Positions 60,596 to 64,000 of a stretch of DNA of 64,000 nucleotides are shown in pieces; position 1 is the first letter of the stretch; each line of letters opens with the position of its first letter. The stretch covers positions 288,001 to 352,000 of the forward strand of contig CAWKDB010000002.1 of NCBI GenBank assembly GCA_963848295.1. Reading direction: 5' to 3'. The stretch is from an uncultured delta proteobacterium. GTDB lineage: Bacteria > Myxococcota_A > Polyangia > Haliangiales > Haliangiaceae. The notes beneath the pieces are model-generated. The model was not told the origin of the DNA, did no database searches, and worked only from the letters and a program-made list of their open reading frames with translations. The position numbers were made by a program, and so were the translations under genes.

Positions 60596-61993
60596 ATGAG
60601 GCGGATCTGGCTCGGATTCATCGCGGTCGCGGCCTGCAAGGGCGCGCCGGCCGCTCCACCCGACGCGGCGTTACCGGCCTGGGACCCAACCTTGCCCGAC
60701 GCGAGCGTGATGGGTGTGCGCCGCGGCCTGACTCCGGCGCGCGGCATCATCCACTTGCACTCGCCGTACTCGTGGGATGCGTGCGATCAGAATCCGCAGC
60801 CGATGGGCGTGGTCAACGAGCCGTGTCTCCAGGATCTGCGCGCCGCGCTGTGCACCGACAAGATCGACTTCGCCGCGCTCACCGATCACAACGACTCGAT
60901 GTCGCAACAGGACCTCCCGACCCTGTTCAACATGCGCGACGGCGACGTCGCGCTGTACGATGCGGAGCAGGAACAGAACGGCTCGCGGATCACGTGCGAC
61001 GACGGCCACCAGGTGCTGTTGACCGTCGGCACCGAGAACACGTTGATGCCGATCATGCTCGATCGCCACGTCCCGGGCACGGTCGCCGATCGTCAGGCGA
61101 TCTACACCGCGGACACCGCCGATGCGGTCGCCGCGTTTCATGCCGCCGGTGGCCTCGCGTGGATCGCCCACACCGAGCAACACGACATCAGCGAGCTGCG
61201 CGCCGTGGTTCCGGACGGCATCGAGGTCTACAACCTCCACGCGAACATCGATCCGAAGATCCGCGGCCCGTACCTCGGGCTCGATCCCGATGGGGCGATC
61301 GACGCGGCGGTGAACTTCGTCGATTCGAGCAGCGGTCATCCCGAACCCGATCTCGCGCTGCTGTCGTTCTTGACGGTCGCCCAGCCCGACATCGATCGCT
61401 GGAACCTGTTGCTCGGCGACGGCCGGCACGTCCCGGTCACCGTCGGTTCGGACGCTCACGAGAACGCGATTCCGATCATCTTCCCCGATGGCGAGCGCGG
61501 CGATTCGTACCGCCGCGTGCTGCGCTGGTTCGCGAACGACGTGCTCGTCGCCGATCCGCACGACCCGGCGCAGATCAAGGCCGCGCTGCGAGCGGGCCAG
61601 ATGTACGCCGCGTTCGAGATCATGGGCACGCCGGCGGGGTTCGATGTCTACGCGACGACCGCGGCTGGAGCGACCGTCGAGCTCGGCGGTCAGCTCGCGG
61701 TGGCCGATGCCGGGACGCTCACGGTCGACGTGCCGACCGTGTTCGATCTCGACCCGTCCTTGCCCGCGCCCGAGATCCACGCGTCGATCATCCACGTCGA
61801 CGCGAGCGGCGCGACCGTGATCGCGACCGGCGACGGCCCCACGCTCACCGCGCCGATGTCGGCGGCTGGGGCATATCGGGTCGAGATCTCGATCGTCCCG
61901 AATCACCTCGGCCCGTACCTCCACGACCTCGGCCCCATGTATGCACAGCAGGAGCTACCATGGATCTACGCGAGCCCGATCTACGTGCAATAG
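60596..61993 (+). CDS. PHP-fold metallohydrolase lipoprotein
   Basis: Lipobox AAC; HLHSPYSWD, LTDHN, IAH, GSDAH. Confidence 0.8.
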   Translation: MRRIWLGFIAVAACKGAPAAPPDAALPAWDPTLPDASVMGVRRGLTPARGIIHLHSPYSWDACDQNPQPMGVVNEPCLQDLRAALCTDKIDFAALTDHNDSMSQQDLPTLFNMRDGDVALYDAEQEQNGSRITCDDGHQVLLTVGTENTLMPIMLDRHVPGTVADRQAIYTADTADAVAAFHAAGGLAWIAHTEQHDISELRAVVPDGIEVYNLHANIDPKIRGPYLGLDPDGAIDAAVNFVDSSSGHPEPDLALLSFLTVAQPDIDRWNLLLGDGRHVPVTVGSDAHENAIPIIFPDGERGDSYRRVLRWFANDVLVADPHDPAQIKAALRAGQMYAAFEIMGTPAGFDVYATTAAGATVELGGQLAVADAGTLTVDVPTVFDLDPSLPAPEIHASIIHVDASGATVIATGDGPTLTAPMSAAGAYRVEISIVPNHLGPYLHDLGPMYAQQELPWIYASPIYVQ

Positions 61994-62019
61994 CGGAGTT
62001 CGCCCGTTCGAGGTCTGGC

Positions 62020-62529
62020 ATGAGTGTCACATTGTGGACGCTTGTTCTCACCGCGGGCGCCGCGCTCGCGGGGTGTGACCCGACTTATTCGAGCGGCGGT
62101 GGCGGTGGCGGCGGCGGGGTCGGCGGCTGGGGCAGCGGCCCCGGTGGCGGTGGCGGCAGTGACGGGTTCGGCTGCGAGCAGGACAGCGATTGCGGAGGCG
62201 GCACCACGGTGTGCGCCCGCGATGGCGAGTGCCTCGATTCGTCCCAGGTGGTCGAGGTCCACGTCAGCTGGACGATCAGCGGCGCTCCCGCGAGCTCCGC
62301 AACGTGTTCGAGCTCGCCCGACCTCCAGCTGTCGTTCCTGTCGGATGACGGCAACGAGGACGGCGAGTTCGGCTTCGCGCCGGTGCCGTGCGTCGAGGGC
62401 AAGTTCACCATCGACAAGCTGCCGAGCTGGTACACCGAGGTCCAGCTCTCGCGCGACAACGACGATGACCCCGGTGCCACGGCCAGGATCGACGGCAGCG
62501 GCAACGCGGCGATCGACCTGCCATACTGA
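62020..62529 (+). CDS. Cys-rich lipoprotein, paralog of 62534..62926
   Basis: Lipobox LAGC; C..DSDC...VCARD.EC, WTISGAP, PVPC.EGKFT.DKLP. Confidence 0.75.
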   Translation: MSVTLWTLVLTAGAALAGCDPTYSSGGGGGGGGVGGWGSGPGGGGGSDGFGCEQDSDCGGGTTVCARDGECLDSSQVVEVHVSWTISGAPASSATCSSSPDLQLSFLSDDGNEDGEFGFAPVPCVEGKFTIDKLPSWYTEVQLSRDNDDDPGATARIDGSGNAAIDLPY

Positions 62530-62533
62530 CCGC

Positions 62534-62926
62534 ATGCGCACGGCCTGGTTGATCGCGCTCGTCGGGTGTGGCGGTGGTGCGCCGACCTGCTCGACCGACA
62601 GCGACTGCTCCGGCCAAGTCTGCGCGCGCGACGAGCAGTGCTATCCGGCAGCGCAGATTCGATCGGTCGTGATCAACTGGACGGTATCGGGCGCACCGCC
62701 GACCGCGTCGAGCTGCGCGGCGATCCCGAACCTCGTGCTCGAGCTCGACACCAGCGATCTGTCCACCGGGTTCGAGTTCGAGCCCGTGCCGTGCATCGAG
62801 GGCAAGTTCACGCTCGACAAGCTGCCGACGATCTACACCGAGGTCGATCTCGGCGTCGAAGGCGACTTCTCGCAGAGCGAGCGGATCGGCAGCGACAACA
62901 CGGTCAGCTTCGATCTCACCCCGTAG
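62534..62926 (+). CDS. Cys-rich lipoprotein, paralog of 62020..62529
   Basis: Lipobox LVGC; same CSTDSDC..VCARD.QC, WTVSGAP, PVPCIEGKFTLDKLP motifs. Confidence 0.75.
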   Translation: MRTAWLIALVGCGGGAPTCSTDSDCSGQVCARDEQCYPAAQIRSVVINWTVSGAPPTASSCAAIPNLVLELDTSDLSTGFEFEPVPCIEGKFTLDKLPTIYTEVDLGVEGDFSQSERIGSDNTVSFDLTP

Positions 62927-63016
62927 GTTTGGCCATAAGTTTGGCCAGAGTTTGGTCGCAGGGGATTTGCCGCTCGCGGCGCAGCCGGTATGGTCGGGCC
63001 CGTGGCCACCGCGTCC

Positions 63017-64000
63017 ATGACGACTCCCGACTCCGTCCGCGTCGAAGACGACGATCCGTCGATCACGACGACCGCCGAAGAGCTCGCGCCGCTGTACCGC
63101 CAGATGCTCGCGATCCGGCGCATGGAAGAAGCGTCGGCCAAGGCGTACTCGCAAGGCAAGATCGGCGGATTCCTGCACCTGATCATCGGCCAGGAGGCGG
63201 TGTGCGTCGGCGCGATCGCGGCGCTCGAACAGAAAGATTACGTCGTCGCGACGTACCGCGAGCACGGCCACGCGTACGCGAAGGGCGTCGCGTCGCGCGC
63301 GATCCTCGCCGAGCTCTACGGCAAGAAGACCGGCCTGGTGAAGGGCCTCGGCGGCTCGATGCACCTGTTCTCGAAGGACCACAACTTCCTCGGCGGCTAC
63401 GGCATCGTCGGCGGTCACGTGCCGATCGCGGCGGGCGCGGCGTTCGCTTCGAAGTATCGCGGCGATGGCCGGGTCACGCTGTGCTTCTTCGGCGAGGGCG
63501 CGTCGACGATCGGCGGGTTCGCGGAGGGCCTCGCGCTCGCGGCGCTGTGGAAGCTGCCGGTCGTGCTGATCTGCGAGAACAACCAGTATTCGATGGGCAC
63601 GCCGACCTATCGCTCGCTCGCCGTCGAGGATGTCTCGCTGCGCGCGATCGCGCACGGCATGGCGCGCGATCGGTTCGACGGCGACGATGTGATCAAGGTC
63701 AAGCGCCGAGTCGCCGAGGCGGTCGAGCGGGCGCGCACGACCGGCGAGCCGACGCTGGTCGAGGTCGTGACCTATCGATTCCGCGGTCACTCGATGAGCG
63801 ATCCGGGTCTGTATCGCACGAAGGACGAAGTCGAAGAGTGGAAGCGCCGCGATCCGCTCAACCGCTGCCGCGCGCGCCTCGTCGAGCTCGGTGTTGGCGA
63901 ACCAGAGCTCGGCAAGCTCGAGGACGACGTCAAAGCCGAGATCGAGGACGCGGTGAAGTTCGCCGAAGACTCGCCGGCCGCCGACGAGTATCTCCCGTAC
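63017..64000 (+). CDS. pdhA: Pyruvate dehydrogenase E1 alpha subunit (runs off the window; absent from the ORF track)
   Basis: YSQGKIGGFLHL.IGQEAV, YREHGH, GGSMH, FFGEGA...ENNQYSMGT, YRFRGHSMSDP. Confidence 0.96.
   Translation, partial: MTTPDSVRVEDDDPSITTTAEELAPLYRQMLAIRRMEEASAKAYSQGKIGGFLHLIIGQEAVCVGAIAALEQKDYVVATYREHGHAYAKGVASRAILAELYGKKTGLVKGLGGSMHLFSKDHNFLGGYGIVGGHVPIAAGAAFASKYRGDGRVTLCFFGEGASTIGGFAEGLALAALWKLPVVLICENNQYSMGTPTYRSLAVEDVSLRAIAHGMARDRFDGDDVIKVKRRVAEAVERARTTGEPTLVEVVTYRFRGHSMSDPGLYRTKDEVEEWKRRDPLNRCRARLVELGVGEPELGKLEDDVKAEIEDAVKFAEDSPAADEYLPY

Overview
High-GC bacterial DNA (about 70% by eye). The many Ser/Thr kinases, lipoproteins and PilZ/PEGA/FHA proteins suggest Myxococcota (inference). 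Housekeeping genes: acs (partial), RidA, tRNA-Val(CAC), an RpoD-like sigma factor, rpmG-rpmB, sucA/sucB, pdxJ, queD, a glutathione peroxidase and pdhA (partial). Several conserved genes carry 1-2 nt indels, most likely assembly errors, so frameshifts are not treated as pseudogene evidence. Main points of interest: (1) a compositionally distinct cassette (about 24.6-32.2 kb) with an intact LanC-like cyclase, a kinase-STAND NTPase-WD40 protein, a 53-aa lanthipeptide-like precursor (LxLxKx5L...GG leader) and a luciferase-like oxidoreductase, but no LanB; (2) an exported rhodanese whose in-frame UGA at a Cys-like position is followed by a SECIS-like hairpin (probable selenoprotein, truncated by the ORF caller); (3) a 1550-aa ALDH-aminotransferase-GNAT-pseudo-aminotransferase fusion heading an acyl-amino-acid catabolic-type operon; (4) a ~57-bp degenerate hexamer element found three times directly after stop codons and next to apparently inserted genes, plus a RAYT-like Y1 transposase. 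All calls come from reading motifs by eye; no searches were run.
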